A stretch of 59,253 nucleotides of DNA, the filler included. It is 3 parts of 3 records of this genome, joined end to end, with 100 filler letters (N's around TTAATTAATTAA, not from the genome) between each part and the next. Parts side by side here need not be neighbours in the genome. Positions count along the whole stretch, not along the records: positions 1 to 25,364 come from SRR20825006_654; 2 more parts are not named here. The stretch is one strand, 5' to 3'. The notes under the pieces were generated by a model. The model saw nothing but the letters and a program-made list of their open reading frames with translations. It was not told the origin of the DNA and ran no database searches. Below are positions 10,064 through 20,180 of the stretch, in pieces. The position numbers and the translations under genes were made by a program. Position 1 is the first letter of the stretch. Each line of letters starts with the position of its first letter.

Positions 10064-11479
10064 ATGACACAATACAGCATTGAAGATGATATAGAGCAAA
10101 TTGCAGGAGGAGAATATGAAAGACAACGTGTTCCAGAATCAAAACTTAAAGGATGGAAAAGTTTTTTAGGAATGTATGCTGGGGAACACGCCGCAGGAAC
10201 CGAATTTGTAATTGGTCCTTTATTTCTTACCACTGGAGTAAGCGCTTTTGACCTTATTGTAGGTCTTTTATTAGGGAATTTAATGGCGGTATTGAGCTGG
10301 CGATTTTTAACAGCAGAAATAGGGACTAAATTTAGATATACTCTTTATTTTCATTTGGAAAAAATATGTGGTAAAAAATTAGTAACGGTTTACAATTTGG
10401 CAAACGGAATTTTATTTTGTTTTCTAGCTGGAGCCATGATTACCGTTTCTGCTACTGCTGTAGGAATTCCTTTTGATATGGAAATGCCCAAATTAACAGA
10501 TACAATGCCTAATAGCATTACTTGGGTTGTTATTGTATTGATTTTAGGTGCCATTATTTCTTTAATTGCTGCCAAAGGTTACAATACGGTAGCCAAAGCT
10601 GCAAACTATATGTCGCCTATAATTGTACTCGCTTTTATAGTTTGCGGAATCGTAGCGCTATCTCAACTTAATGTACATAGTTTTTCAGATTTTTGGAATC
10701 TATGGGGTGAAGGAAGTGAACCTTTTCCAGGACAAATAAAATATACTTTTTGGCATGTTTTCTTATGGTCGTGGTTTGCTAATGCAGCCATGCATATTGG
10801 AATGTCCGATCTCTCTGTTTTTAGATTCGCAAAAAAACCATCTATTGGATGGACAACTGCTGGAGGAATATACATTGGTCATTATATAGCTTGGATCTCT
10901 GCTGCTTTATTGTATGCAGTATATTTAAAATCTCCAGAAGCACAGGCTTTTTTAGCAGGAGGTCAAGCTCCAACAGTAGCTCCCGGTCCCTTAGCTTATA
11001 ATGCCATTGGTGTTTTCGGGATTATTGCAGTTATATTAGCGGGCTGGACAACAGCCAATCCTACAATTTATAGAGCAGGTTTGGCCTTTCAAGCCATAAT
11101 CCCAAAAGCTTCTACTTTTTGGGTTACTATTTTAGCGGGTTCCATTGCTACAATTGCTGGTCTTTTTCCTGCTTTTGCAATGAAATTATTAGATTTTGTA
11201 GCGCTGTACGGATTTATTCTTGCTCCTATTGGTGCCATTATTGTTTTTGACCATTTCTTTGCTGAAAAAAGTGGCATTAGCTCTTTCTTTGCTGAAAAAA
11301 CAAATATCTCATTTAATTATGCCGTATTATGGGCTTGGTTAATAAGCTTTGGGGTATTCTATTTTATTTCTGTAAAATTTGATATTTTCTTATCCTTTGT
11401 CACCTTACCAACATGGCTCTGCTGTGGGATTTTATATATTTTATTCAGCAAGTACTATCAGAAAAAACATACAATTTAA
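10064..11479 (+). CDS. NCS1/purine-cytosine-permease-like secondary transporter
   Basis: Many hydrophobic helices; EYERQRVP N-terminus, GWTTANPTIYRAGL and PIGAIIVFDHF resemble CodB-like permeases; last gene of the rha operon. Confidence 0.75.
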   Translation: MTQYSIEDDIEQIAGGEYERQRVPESKLKGWKSFLGMYAGEHAAGTEFVIGPLFLTTGVSAFDLIVGLLLGNLMAVLSWRFLTAEIGTKFRYTLYFHLEKICGKKLVTVYNLANGILFCFLAGAMITVSATAVGIPFDMEMPKLTDTMPNSITWVVIVLILGAIISLIAAKGYNTVAKAANYMSPIIVLAFIVCGIVALSQLNVHSFSDFWNLWGEGSEPFPGQIKYTFWHVFLWSWFANAAMHIGMSDLSVFRFAKKPSIGWTTAGGIYIGHYIAWISAALLYAVYLKSPEAQAFLAGGQAPTVAPGPLAYNAIGVFGIIAVILAGWTTANPTIYRAGLAFQAIIPKASTFWVTILAGSIATIAGLFPAFAMKLLDFVALYGFILAPIGAIIVFDHFFAEKSGISSFFAEKTNISFNYAVLWAWLISFGVFYFISVKFDIFLSFVTLPTWLCCGILYILFSKYYQKKHTI

Positions 11480-11487
11480 AAAAATGT

Positions 11488-11621
11488 AAGTGACTCTCCA
11501 TAAAGCATCTAAATTCTAAATATCATCCTGAGTAGGTCAAAGAATCTTTTGAATGTTAGTTATTTAAAAATTTTGACAGGATTATTTTGATAACTACAAA
11601 TTGCTTTATAGACAGTCACTT
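11488..11621. mobile_element. 134-bp MITE-like element
   Basis: Terminal inverted repeats AAGTGACTCTCCATAAAGCA (11488-11507) and TGCTTTATAGACAGTCACTT (11602-11621) match at 18/20; no coding capacity. Confidence 0.6.
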
Positions 11622-11629
11622 TTTTCATA

Positions 11630-11645
11630 CATGGATGTACAGGAT
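11630..11645 (+). promoter_or_regulatory. Putative regulator site, copy 3 (CATGGA-TGTA-CAGGAT)
   Basis: Same motif and orientation, 50 nt upstream of the GH28 ORF; no clear -7 element at the 21-nt spacing. Confidence 0.55.
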
Positions 11646-11695
11646 GCACTTTTCATGATATTTTAGAAACTTACGGTATCTAAGAAATTAAAAAA

Positions 11696-13240
11696 ATGAA
11701 ACCTATTTACCAAACCACCACTTTTTCCAAATATCTATTTTTATTGCTTTTTAATGGTTATCTGGAACAGCCAAATAATCATTCTACTGTGTTTCTAAAA
11801 ATTAGACGTGGATGCTTCATACTATGCTTATTTAGCATATGTTTATCCTGTAAAAACAAGTCAGAAAACACCCCACAACAAGACACTCCTGCTTGGATTG
11901 ATAAAGTTGGTGCAGAAAATGCAATTATCAAGGATACCGTATATTTTGTAAATGATTTTGGTGGAATTGGCGATGGCAAAACCATCAATACAGAAGCTAT
12001 TCAAAAAGCTATTGATAAATGTGCAGAAAATGGTGGCGGTACGATAGCGTTTAAACCAGGAACTTATTTATCTGGTTCAATATTCATTAAAAAAAATATT
12101 CATTTTAAAATTGGTAAAAATGTAACCATTTTAGGGAGTCAAGATATTAATGATTATAAAGAAATTGACACCCGTGTTGCTGGAATTGAAATGAAATGGC
12201 CAGCAGCTCTTATCAATGTTTCCAATCAAGAAAATGTAATTATAGATGGGGAAGGTTTAATTGACGGACAAGGAAAAGTGTTTTGGGATTATTATTGGGA
12301 TTTACGAAAAAATGAATACGAACCAAAAGGATTACGATGGATTGTAGATTACGATGCTAAGCGTCCTCGAACCATCTTGATTTCCGATTCAAAGAATATT
12401 GCCTTAAAAGATTTAAACATACAAAAAGCTGGTTTTTGGACAGTACACGTCCTCTATTCTGAAAAAATAACTGTAGACGGGCTCATTATAAAAAATAATA
12501 TTGGCGGACACGGTCCCAGCACAGATGGCATTGATATTGATTCTTCTAAATGGGTGTTAATACAAAATTGTGATATCGATTGTAATGATGATAATTTTTG
12601 TTTAAAAGCAGGTCGCGATTGGGATGGACAACGTGTAAATAGACCTACCGAATATGTAGTTATAAGGAATTGTATTGCAAGAAAAGGTGCTGGATTATTC
12701 ACCCTAGGAAGTGAGACTGCTGGAAGTATTAGACATGTGTATGTTTCTAATATTAAAGGTTTAGGAACCAGCAATGGTTTAAATATAAAATCGGCTCTTA
12801 CCCGTGGCGGAACGGTTGAGGATATCTCCTTGCAAAATATTCAGATGGATAGTGTGAAAACATTTGTGAAAATTTCCATGAACTGGAATCCTAGTTATAG
12901 CTATTCAAAACTTCCTGAAGGGTATGATATAGACAGTATTCCAATACACTGGAAAAAACTCCTTAAAGAGGTTCCAGCATCTAAGGGTATCCCTACATTT
13001 AAAAATATTTCATTAAGTAATATTGATGTTAAAGGAGCAGAAAAAGCCATGAACGTAAAAGGATTAGAGAATTCAATTATTGAAAATATCTCTTTAAATG
13101 ATGTTCATATAGAAGCTAAAACTGCTGGAGGAATTTCATACAGTAAAGACTGGAATTTAGAAAATGTTTCTATAAAAACTGAAGACAAATCAGAAATAAC
13201 CCTGAATAATACAGAAGGAATTCATTTTAACACTCCTTAA
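11696..13240 (+). CDS. GH28 galacturonidase / rhamnogalacturonan hydrolase, probable lipoprotein
   Basis: Beta-helix GH28 motifs STDGID, NDD, LGSE and NIKS; lipobox-like ICLSC (true start may be GTG 11789). Confidence 0.88.
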   Translation: MKPIYQTTTFSKYLFLLLFNGYLEQPNNHSTVFLKIRRGCFILCLFSICLSCKNKSENTPQQDTPAWIDKVGAENAIIKDTVYFVNDFGGIGDGKTINTEAIQKAIDKCAENGGGTIAFKPGTYLSGSIFIKKNIHFKIGKNVTILGSQDINDYKEIDTRVAGIEMKWPAALINVSNQENVIIDGEGLIDGQGKVFWDYYWDLRKNEYEPKGLRWIVDYDAKRPRTILISDSKNIALKDLNIQKAGFWTVHVLYSEKITVDGLIIKNNIGGHGPSTDGIDIDSSKWVLIQNCDIDCNDDNFCLKAGRDWDGQRVNRPTEYVVIRNCIARKGAGLFTLGSETAGSIRHVYVSNIKGLGTSNGLNIKSALTRGGTVEDISLQNIQMDSVKTFVKISMNWNPSYSYSKLPEGYDIDSIPIHWKKLLKEVPASKGIPTFKNISLSNIDVKGAEKAMNVKGLENSIIENISLNDVHIEAKTAGGISYSKDWNLENVSIKTEDKSEITLNNTEGIHFNTP

Positions 13241-13243
13241 AGC

Positions 13244-16200
13244 ATGACCCTATTTAGAATCTGCATAACATTTTTATTTACCGTTATTTTAGTTTCATTT
13301 TTGAATGCCCAAAATTCTCAATATTGGCATGATAGCATTCGAAAAGTACATTACCTTCCTTTTGAAAAAGGTTTTAAATTACAAAATGGGGAGCGAAAAT
13401 TCAACAGAGCTTTATACGGTACAAATACAGGATTTAGAGTAGAAACTGGAGATTTACCAGAATTTGCAATGTATATGCCTGGAATGGGAGGTAATTTTAA
13501 ACTAGGAATTATTACTCAAGATGGCTCAAGTAAATGGTTAACCGAATGTGATAGTATAACTACTGTTTATACCCCAGGAATTATGAATTATCAAATTTCG
13601 GATTCTTTATTAAAACAGGGAAGCATACACCTTAAAGTAGTTGCTTTAGCAAAAAGTGAAGGGTTTATGCTCCAAGCAACTTCTATAGATATACCAGAAA
13701 CCGTCAAACTTATTTGGGTATATGGAGGTGCTAGTGGTAAAAAGTTTCATCGAGATGGAGATATAGGAGCCGATCCAGAGTCTGTTTTTTATCTTCAACC
13801 AAAATATTGCATCAATAATCAATATTCGGTTACTAATAATTCGTTTATAGTAAAATACGGTTCAGAAAATAATAAAGAGAAAACAGGAAATAACAGAACA
13901 ATGTCTGGGGTTTTTCCTACTTCAGAAATTAAAATAGCATCTGCCTCCAATCAAGAAAATCCATTAGCTGTATATCAATCTGAAAAAGATTCTTTTCCGG
14001 TGATAGTAGGAAAAGTAAACTCCTTAAAACAACCGCTCTATTGGAAGTTTGAAAATTCTGATGCATTACCAATAGAAGCATCATTGGAATCCGATTTTAA
14101 AGCAGGGATTAAAAAAGTTAATAAAACAGCTCAAATTTTAACGGTACAAACTCCTAATCCATACATCAATACAATTGGGGGAGCATTGGCAACCGCTGCA
14201 GATGCTATTTGGGAAAGTCCCGCTTTTTTACACGGATCTATTGCATGGCGAATGCATTTAAATGCATGGCGCGGTGCTTATGTAGCCAACCCCTTAGGAT
14301 GGCATGATAGAGCCGAATCTCATTTTACAAGTTATGTAAATTCGCAAGTAATCGATCCTCCAACAGGACCCGTTGTACCAGATACAACAAGAAATTTTGC
14401 TAGACAAAAAGAAGAAATTGGCACAGCCATGTTTAGTAGTGGATATATTAGTAGACGGCCCAACAATAATACCATTGCACATCATTATGATATGAATTCG
14501 GTGTTTTTTAATCAGTTGTTCCGTCATTATTTATGGACGGGAGACGATGCGCTGATTAAAGAGTTATGGCCTGCCATTGAGCGACATTTAGCTTGGGAAA
14601 AAAGAAATTTTGATTCAGACAACAACCATCTCTACGATGCTTATGCAACCATTTGGGCTAGCGATGCCCTCCAATATAGTGGAGGATCGGTAAGTTATTC
14701 TTCTGCATATAATTACAGTGCTAATAAACTTGCTGGTGCAATTGCCGAAAAAAATAATATCACAAGTTCTAATAAAGATAATTACACCCAAGAAAGTAAT
14801 CAAATAAAAAAGGCTTTAAATAATGAGCTTTGGATTCCAAAAAAGGGTGTTTTTTCAGAGTACAAAGATTTATTAGGAAACCAATTAACACATGATAGTC
14901 CAGGGGTTTGGAGTATTTATCACACTATAGATGAAGGGGTTGCAGATAAATTTCAAGCCTATCAAATGCTCCGCTATATTGATACTGAAATTCCTCATAT
15001 TCCAGTAAAAGCAGAAGGTTTACCTTTTGATAATTTGGAACTAATTTCTACAACCAATTGGCAACCTTACACTTGGTCTGTTAACAATGTTGCATTAGCA
15101 GAAGTTTTGCATACTTCGTTAGCTTATTGGCTAGGACAACGTCCAGAAAAGGCATATAAATTGTGGCAAAGTGGAATTATGGAGAGTATGTATTTAGGGG
15201 CATCTCCAGGAGGTTTTCAACAATTATCTTTCTACGATGCCATGCGGGGGGAACTCTACAGAGATTTTGCCGATCCAATTGGAATGGCTGCTAGAAGCCT
15301 TGTAGAAGGACTCTACGGAATAAAACCTAATGCTATTTCGGACACCCTAACCCTTCAACCCGGATTTCCTGAAAGTTGGGATAATGCAAGTATTAAACTT
15401 CCAGATATCCACTATTCTTTTACTTCAAAAAACAATAAAAGTGTTTACCATATTTCTCCTTCGTTTCCAAAAAAGATGAAACTGAAATTAATAGTAAATG
15501 CGGAGAGAGAAGCTATTGAACAAATCAAGATTAATGATGAAAAAGTAATCTCTTGGTACGTTGATACTACGGCAATTGTAAAACCAAAAATTATAATTAC
15601 TGATATTTATAGAACTGATTATAAAATAGATATTACATGGAAAGGAACTAAAATTGAGAAAGTTAAATTTCCAGTAAATTATACCCCTAACGATACTTTT
15701 AAACTGCTAAATAAAACAGTTCAATTCAAAAAAATATACGATCCACAATTAGTTTTTAGAAACCAATATCTTAATAAACATGATTTTTCGGGTAATTTCA
15801 ATGAATCTCTTGGAGCTAAAACCTTTTTCCTTCAACTAAAGCAAGGAGCTTTTACATGGTGGCAGCCCATAGATGTAAAATTGATTCCAGCCATTAAATT
15901 GGCTAAGGTTGTAACACTAGATAAGGGCTCACAAATTACCTTAAAAAGAAAAAATCCTCAGCAAGAATCTCTTCAATATTGGATAAATAATACTAAGAAA
16001 GGTGTTCTAAATAAAAAGAATTCTATTCTTAACATTGAAGAAAATGCTTTAATTCCTGGTTCTAATTTATTACACGTTTCATCTAAAAAAAATAAACGCT
16101 ACAAAGTTGGCACTTTTCAAAATTGGAAAGTAAAAGCAGCAGCTAACAGCAGTTTTGAAACTATAGATATAGGTAGAAGCTTTAACAGTAAGGTAACTAA

Positions 16201-16870
16201 TATATTTAAACAAGAATATATGGAACCTCGGCCTACATCTCCTACCCTACAACTTCCTACACAAGGCATTGGAAATTGGTGCTACCCTTTTATTGCTCCA
16301 GAAATAGATGCTACAGGAATTAAGCAAAAAGCGGCAGCAAACAATGGAAATATTATTTATAATAACATTCCTTTTAAAATAGCTCCAAAAAACGCCAATG
16401 ATATTGTATTTACTTCCCAATGGGATAATTTCCCTGAAAAGATACAAATAAAACTTTCTGGGAAAGCCAAACACCTATACCTTCTAATGGCTGGAACTAC
16501 TAATCCAATGCAAAGTAATATTACAAATGGAGAAATTATAGTTCATTATAAAGATGGGACTCATACAAACTTACCCCTTAAAAACCCTGAAAATTGGTGG
16601 CCTATAGAACAAGATTATTATACCGATAATTTTGCTTTTACTACTAAAGCGTCAAAACCACCTCGTGTTCATCTAAAAACAGGAGAAATCTTTCTTGATT
16701 TTAAAGATTATACATCTATTAAAGGATTTACCAACTTTGCTATAGATGGTGGTGCTGCCACTATTTTAGATCTTCCGTTAGACGCAACTAAAGAATTAAA
16801 AAACATAGAATTAAAAACCATTGCTAATGATGTTGTTATCGGCATTATGAGTATTACTCTCTTAAAATAA
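13244..16870 (+). CDS. DUF4450-like protein with (alpha/alpha)6 glycosidase-like core
   Basis: Signal peptide; FNRALYG, ETGDLPEF, WRMHLNAWRG, HHYDMN and IWASDAL motifs typical of DUF4450 proteins. Confidence 0.72.
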   Translation: MTLFRICITFLFTVILVSFLNAQNSQYWHDSIRKVHYLPFEKGFKLQNGERKFNRALYGTNTGFRVETGDLPEFAMYMPGMGGNFKLGIITQDGSSKWLTECDSITTVYTPGIMNYQISDSLLKQGSIHLKVVALAKSEGFMLQATSIDIPETVKLIWVYGGASGKKFHRDGDIGADPESVFYLQPKYCINNQYSVTNNSFIVKYGSENNKEKTGNNRTMSGVFPTSEIKIASASNQENPLAVYQSEKDSFPVIVGKVNSLKQPLYWKFENSDALPIEASLESDFKAGIKKVNKTAQILTVQTPNPYINTIGGALATAADAIWESPAFLHGSIAWRMHLNAWRGAYVANPLGWHDRAESHFTSYVNSQVIDPPTGPVVPDTTRNFARQKEEIGTAMFSSGYISRRPNNNTIAHHYDMNSVFFNQLFRHYLWTGDDALIKELWPAIERHLAWEKRNFDSDNNHLYDAYATIWASDALQYSGGSVSYSSAYNYSANKLAGAIAEKNNITSSNKDNYTQESNQIKKALNNELWIPKKGVFSEYKDLLGNQLTHDSPGVWSIYHTIDEGVADKFQAYQMLRYIDTEIPHIPVKAEGLPFDNLELISTTNWQPYTWSVNNVALAEVLHTSLAYWLGQRPEKAYKLWQSGIMESMYLGASPGGFQQLSFYDAMRGELYRDFADPIGMAARSLVEGLYGIKPNAISDTLTLQPGFPESWDNASIKLPDIHYSFTSKNNKSVYHISPSFPKKMKLKLIVNAEREAIEQIKINDEKVISWYVDTTAIVKPKIIITDIYRTDYKIDITWKGTKIEKVKFPVNYTPNDTFKLLNKTVQFKKIYDPQLVFRNQYLNKHDFSGNFNESLGAKTFFLQLKQGAFTWWQPIDVKLIPAIKLAKVVTLDKGSQITLKRKNPQQESLQYWINNTKKGVLNKKNSILNIEENALIPGSNLLHVSSKKNKRYKVGTFQNWKVKAAANSSFETIDIGRSFNSKVTNIFKQEYMEPRPTSPTLQLPTQGIGNWCYPFIAPEIDATGIKQKAAANNGNIIYNNIPFKIAPKNANDIVFTSQWDNFPEKIQIKLSGKAKHLYLLMAGTTNPMQSNITNGEIIVHYKDGTHTNLPLKNPENWWPIEQDYYTDNFAFTTKASKPPRVHLKTGEIFLDFKDYTSIKGFTNFAIDGGAATILDLPLDATKELKNIELKTIANDVVIGIMSITLLK

Positions 16871-16875
16871 TTATT

Positions 16876-19017
16876 ATGAAAACTACTTCCACCATTAAGC
16901 TTTACATTTTTCTTTTATTTATTAGTATAATTCATCAGGGATTTGCTCAAAAAATAGATAGAAAAGCACTGGTTACTCGCCATAACGTTGTTGTAACTTC
17001 GGTTGATACTTTGGCTTCTCTGACTGTAGGAAACGGAAAGTTTGCTTTTACTACAGATATAACTGGACTTCAAACATTTCCAGACTATTATCAAGGAGGC
17101 ATTGCATTAGGAACACAATCCGAATGGGGATGGGACTCCAATAAAAACCCGAATTCCTACACTTTTGAAGAAACGCTTAAAGACTATGACCAATATGGGC
17201 GTAAAGTTTCGTATTCCGTACAGATAAAAACTCCAAAACGAAATAACGATGCAGTTAATTGGTTTAGAGAAAACCCGCATCGTATTCAGCTTGGAAATAT
17301 TGGTTTTGAAATTACTAAGAAAAATGGAGAGCTAATCAGTCCGAAAGATCTTACGGATATGAATCAGGAGTTAAATTTATGGACTGGAATCATTACCAGT
17401 AGTTTTTCTGTTGAAGGTGTGCCTGTTAAGGTTGAAACCCTTTCTCATCAAGATGAAGATCTAATTGCCGTAAAAGTAACATCCGACTTAATTAATAAAG
17501 GACAACTTAAAATTAGATATCGTATTCCATATCCTTCAAATAACTGGAAAGATACTGGCGTAAATTGGAATGGTTCTGAGAATTATACAAGTACCTTAAA
17601 ATCTATTAATCCAAAAAAGGCTTTGGTAACTCATAAAATGGATTCTTTAACCTACCATACCTATTTTCAATGGAAAGAAAAATCGGCTAGCATTACTGAA
17701 AAAGAAGAGCATTATTTTATTATTTCTCCTACTGAAAACAATTTTTCTTTCACTTGTAAATTTACCCCTGAAAATAAAAATCAAAATATTTCTAACTTTG
17801 ATAAAGCGGTAACTAATAGTGAAGAAAATTGGAAAGATTTTTGGCTAAGTGGTGGTGCTATTGACTTTTCATCGTGTACAGATCCTAGAGCATTTGAAAT
17901 TGAGCGACGTGTGGTTCTCTCTCAATATTTAACCAAATTGCAATGTACCTCCAATCAACCTCCTCAAGAAACTGGACTTACTTATAATAGCTGGTATGGA
18001 AAACCACATCTTGAAATGCATTGGTGGCATGGTGTCCATTTTGCGTTATGGAACCGAAGTGATTTACTAAAAAACGCTATGCAATGGTATGATAAAGCCA
18101 GTGGAAAAGCATTTGAGATAGCCATAAGACAAGGTTTTGATGGACTGAGATGGCAAAAAATGACAGATCCTTATGGAAATGAAAGTCCGTCATCTGTAGG
18201 TTCTTTTCTTATTTGGCAACAACCCCATTACATAACTTTTGCAGAACTCTTTTATCAAGAAAATCCTTCAAAAGACATTCTAAATACCTACAAAGACAAT
18301 GTATATGCAACTGCCGATTTTATGGCTTCTTTTGCAAATTATAACGAAGAAAAAAATAGATATGAACTAGGACCAGGTGTGATTGCCGCACAAGAACGTT
18401 TTAAGGCAACCGAAACCTATAATCCAACTTACGAACTTAATTATTGGTATTGGGGGTTAAAAACGGCTATTGAATGGAAACAAAGACTGGGAGAAACTCC
18501 TCCTAAAAAGTGGATTGAGGTAATGAATAATTTATCAGATTTACCTATTTTAAATGATGTATATCTAGCTACAGAAAGCGCCCAAGATTCTTACACAAAT
18601 CCCGTTTTTAAAACAGACCATCCATCAGTTTTAGGAACTTTAGGCATGCTTCCTTTAACTAAAAAAGTCGATCTCGACATTATGAAGAATACGTTTAATC
18701 TTGTTTGGACAGATTGGACTTGGGAAGATACTTGGGGTTGGGATTTCCCAATGGCAGCTATGACAGCAACACGCTTACAGATGCCAGAAAAAGCAGTTGA
18801 AGCCTTACTTATGGATATTCGTACCAATACCTACCTTCCAAATGGGCATAATTTTCAGGACGAACGCTTAACTTTATACCTTCCAGGAAATGGTGGCGTA
18901 CTTACAGCTGTTGCCCTTATGTGTGCTGGATGGGATGGAAATACCGTTAAAAATCCAGGATTCCCAAAAGATGGAAATTGGGATGTAAAATGGGAAGGAC
19001 TTCAAAAAATGTTTTAA
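16876..19017 (+). CDS. Uncharacterised six-hairpin glycosidase-like protein (GH65/GH95-related fold)
   Basis: Signal peptide; LTVGNG, PPQETGLT.NSWYGK.HLEM, WGWDFP and YLPGNGG.L.AVA.M motifs. Confidence 0.65.
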   Translation: MKTTSTIKLYIFLLFISIIHQGFAQKIDRKALVTRHNVVVTSVDTLASLTVGNGKFAFTTDITGLQTFPDYYQGGIALGTQSEWGWDSNKNPNSYTFEETLKDYDQYGRKVSYSVQIKTPKRNNDAVNWFRENPHRIQLGNIGFEITKKNGELISPKDLTDMNQELNLWTGIITSSFSVEGVPVKVETLSHQDEDLIAVKVTSDLINKGQLKIRYRIPYPSNNWKDTGVNWNGSENYTSTLKSINPKKALVTHKMDSLTYHTYFQWKEKSASITEKEEHYFIISPTENNFSFTCKFTPENKNQNISNFDKAVTNSEENWKDFWLSGGAIDFSSCTDPRAFEIERRVVLSQYLTKLQCTSNQPPQETGLTYNSWYGKPHLEMHWWHGVHFALWNRSDLLKNAMQWYDKASGKAFEIAIRQGFDGLRWQKMTDPYGNESPSSVGSFLIWQQPHYITFAELFYQENPSKDILNTYKDNVYATADFMASFANYNEEKNRYELGPGVIAAQERFKATETYNPTYELNYWYWGLKTAIEWKQRLGETPPKKWIEVMNNLSDLPILNDVYLATESAQDSYTNPVFKTDHPSVLGTLGMLPLTKKVDLDIMKNTFNLVWTDWTWEDTWGWDFPMAAMTATRLQMPEKAVEALLMDIRTNTYLPNGHNFQDERLTLYLPGNGGVLTAVALMCAGWDGNTVKNPGFPKDGNWDVKWEGLQKMF

Positions 19018-20031
19018 ATGAAAATTATAATCTTAGTGGTTTTTATAGGTCTTTCCAACCTATTAAATGCGCAACATGAAAATTCTCATGTTGCAGATAA
19101 GCCTTTATATAGAGACCCTATACATGATGGGGCTGCAGATCCTTGCGTTATTTGGAATAAAAAAGAGCAATTGTGGTATATGTTTTACACCAATAGAAGG
19201 GCAAATATTGATAGCTTAGATAATGTTAGTTGGGTACATGGAACAGAAATAGGCATTGCAACCTCATCCAATAATGGATCAACTTGGAGTTACAAAGGGA
19301 TATGTACAATAGACTATCAACCTACTGACCAATATTCCTATTGGGCTCCAGAGGTAATAGAGAACAAGGGAATATATCATATGTTTTTAACTTATGTTCC
19401 CGGTATTTTTTCTGATTGGTATCACAAACGAAAAATTATTCATTTAACAAGTAGCGATTTAATAAATTGGGATTTTGTAATGGAGTTAAAACTAGCTTCA
19501 GAAAGAGTAATTGATGCAGATATAATAAAACTTCCGAATGGGAATTGGCGACTATTTTACAACAATGAAAACGATGGAAAATCTATATATTATACTGATA
19601 GTGATAACTTAAACCAATGGCCTAACCCAAGTAAAAAAGCGGTAAAAGAACGCGGTGAAGGGCCTGTAGTATTTAAATGGAAAGAATTGTACTGGATGAT
19701 ATGCGATAGCTGGGATGGCTTATCTGTTTATAATTCTACCGATCTTACCAATTGGAACAAACAGGAACATAACATTTTAAAAGAACCAGGAAAAGGTATT
19801 GATGACCAAGTAAAAGGTGGGCATCCTGATGTGGTTATTGATAATGGTAAAGCCTATATTTTCTATTTTACGCATCCAGGAAGAGTTCCTTCAAATAAAG
19901 GAAAAGACAGTTATGAAACCCGCAGAAGTAGCATTCAAGTAGCGGAACTACATTTTAATGAAAAAGACATAACAATTACCTGTAACAGAGATCAAAAAGT
20001 AACTCTTAATTTAACCCGGATTATGCATTAG
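19018..20031 (+). CDS. GH43-like five-bladed beta-propeller glycosidase
   Basis: Signal peptide; AADP, WAPEV, VIDA and EGP motifs. Confidence 0.75.
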   Translation: MKIIILVVFIGLSNLLNAQHENSHVADKPLYRDPIHDGAADPCVIWNKKEQLWYMFYTNRRANIDSLDNVSWVHGTEIGIATSSNNGSTWSYKGICTIDYQPTDQYSYWAPEVIENKGIYHMFLTYVPGIFSDWYHKRKIIHLTSSDLINWDFVMELKLASERVIDADIIKLPNGNWRLFYNNENDGKSIYYTDSDNLNQWPNPSKKAVKERGEGPVVFKWKELYWMICDSWDGLSVYNSTDLTNWNKQEHNILKEPGKGIDDQVKGGHPDVVIDNGKAYIFYFTHPGRVPSNKGKDSYETRRSSIQVAELHFNEKDITITCNRDQKVTLNLTRIMH

Positions 20032-20180
20032 AATTCGTAGTGAAGGTTTAAAGTGGAAGAAAATCAGGCGGTTTGGAGATGGAGCCATAGCACCGCTATG
20101 GTGAGATCGAAAACAGAAACAGCGTGACTGATTTTGAAGCACTTTAAAGCTGTAATAGATTGTCTAATGCATATTTCGGG
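20015..20180. mobile_element. 166-bp MITE with 5-bp target duplication
   Basis: Inverted repeats CCCGGATTATGCATTAGA and TCTAATGCATATTTCGGG (16/18 match), flanked by TTTAA on both sides (20010-20014, 20181-20185); internal hairpin CCATAGC-ACC-GCTATGG at 20085-20101. Confidence 0.78.
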
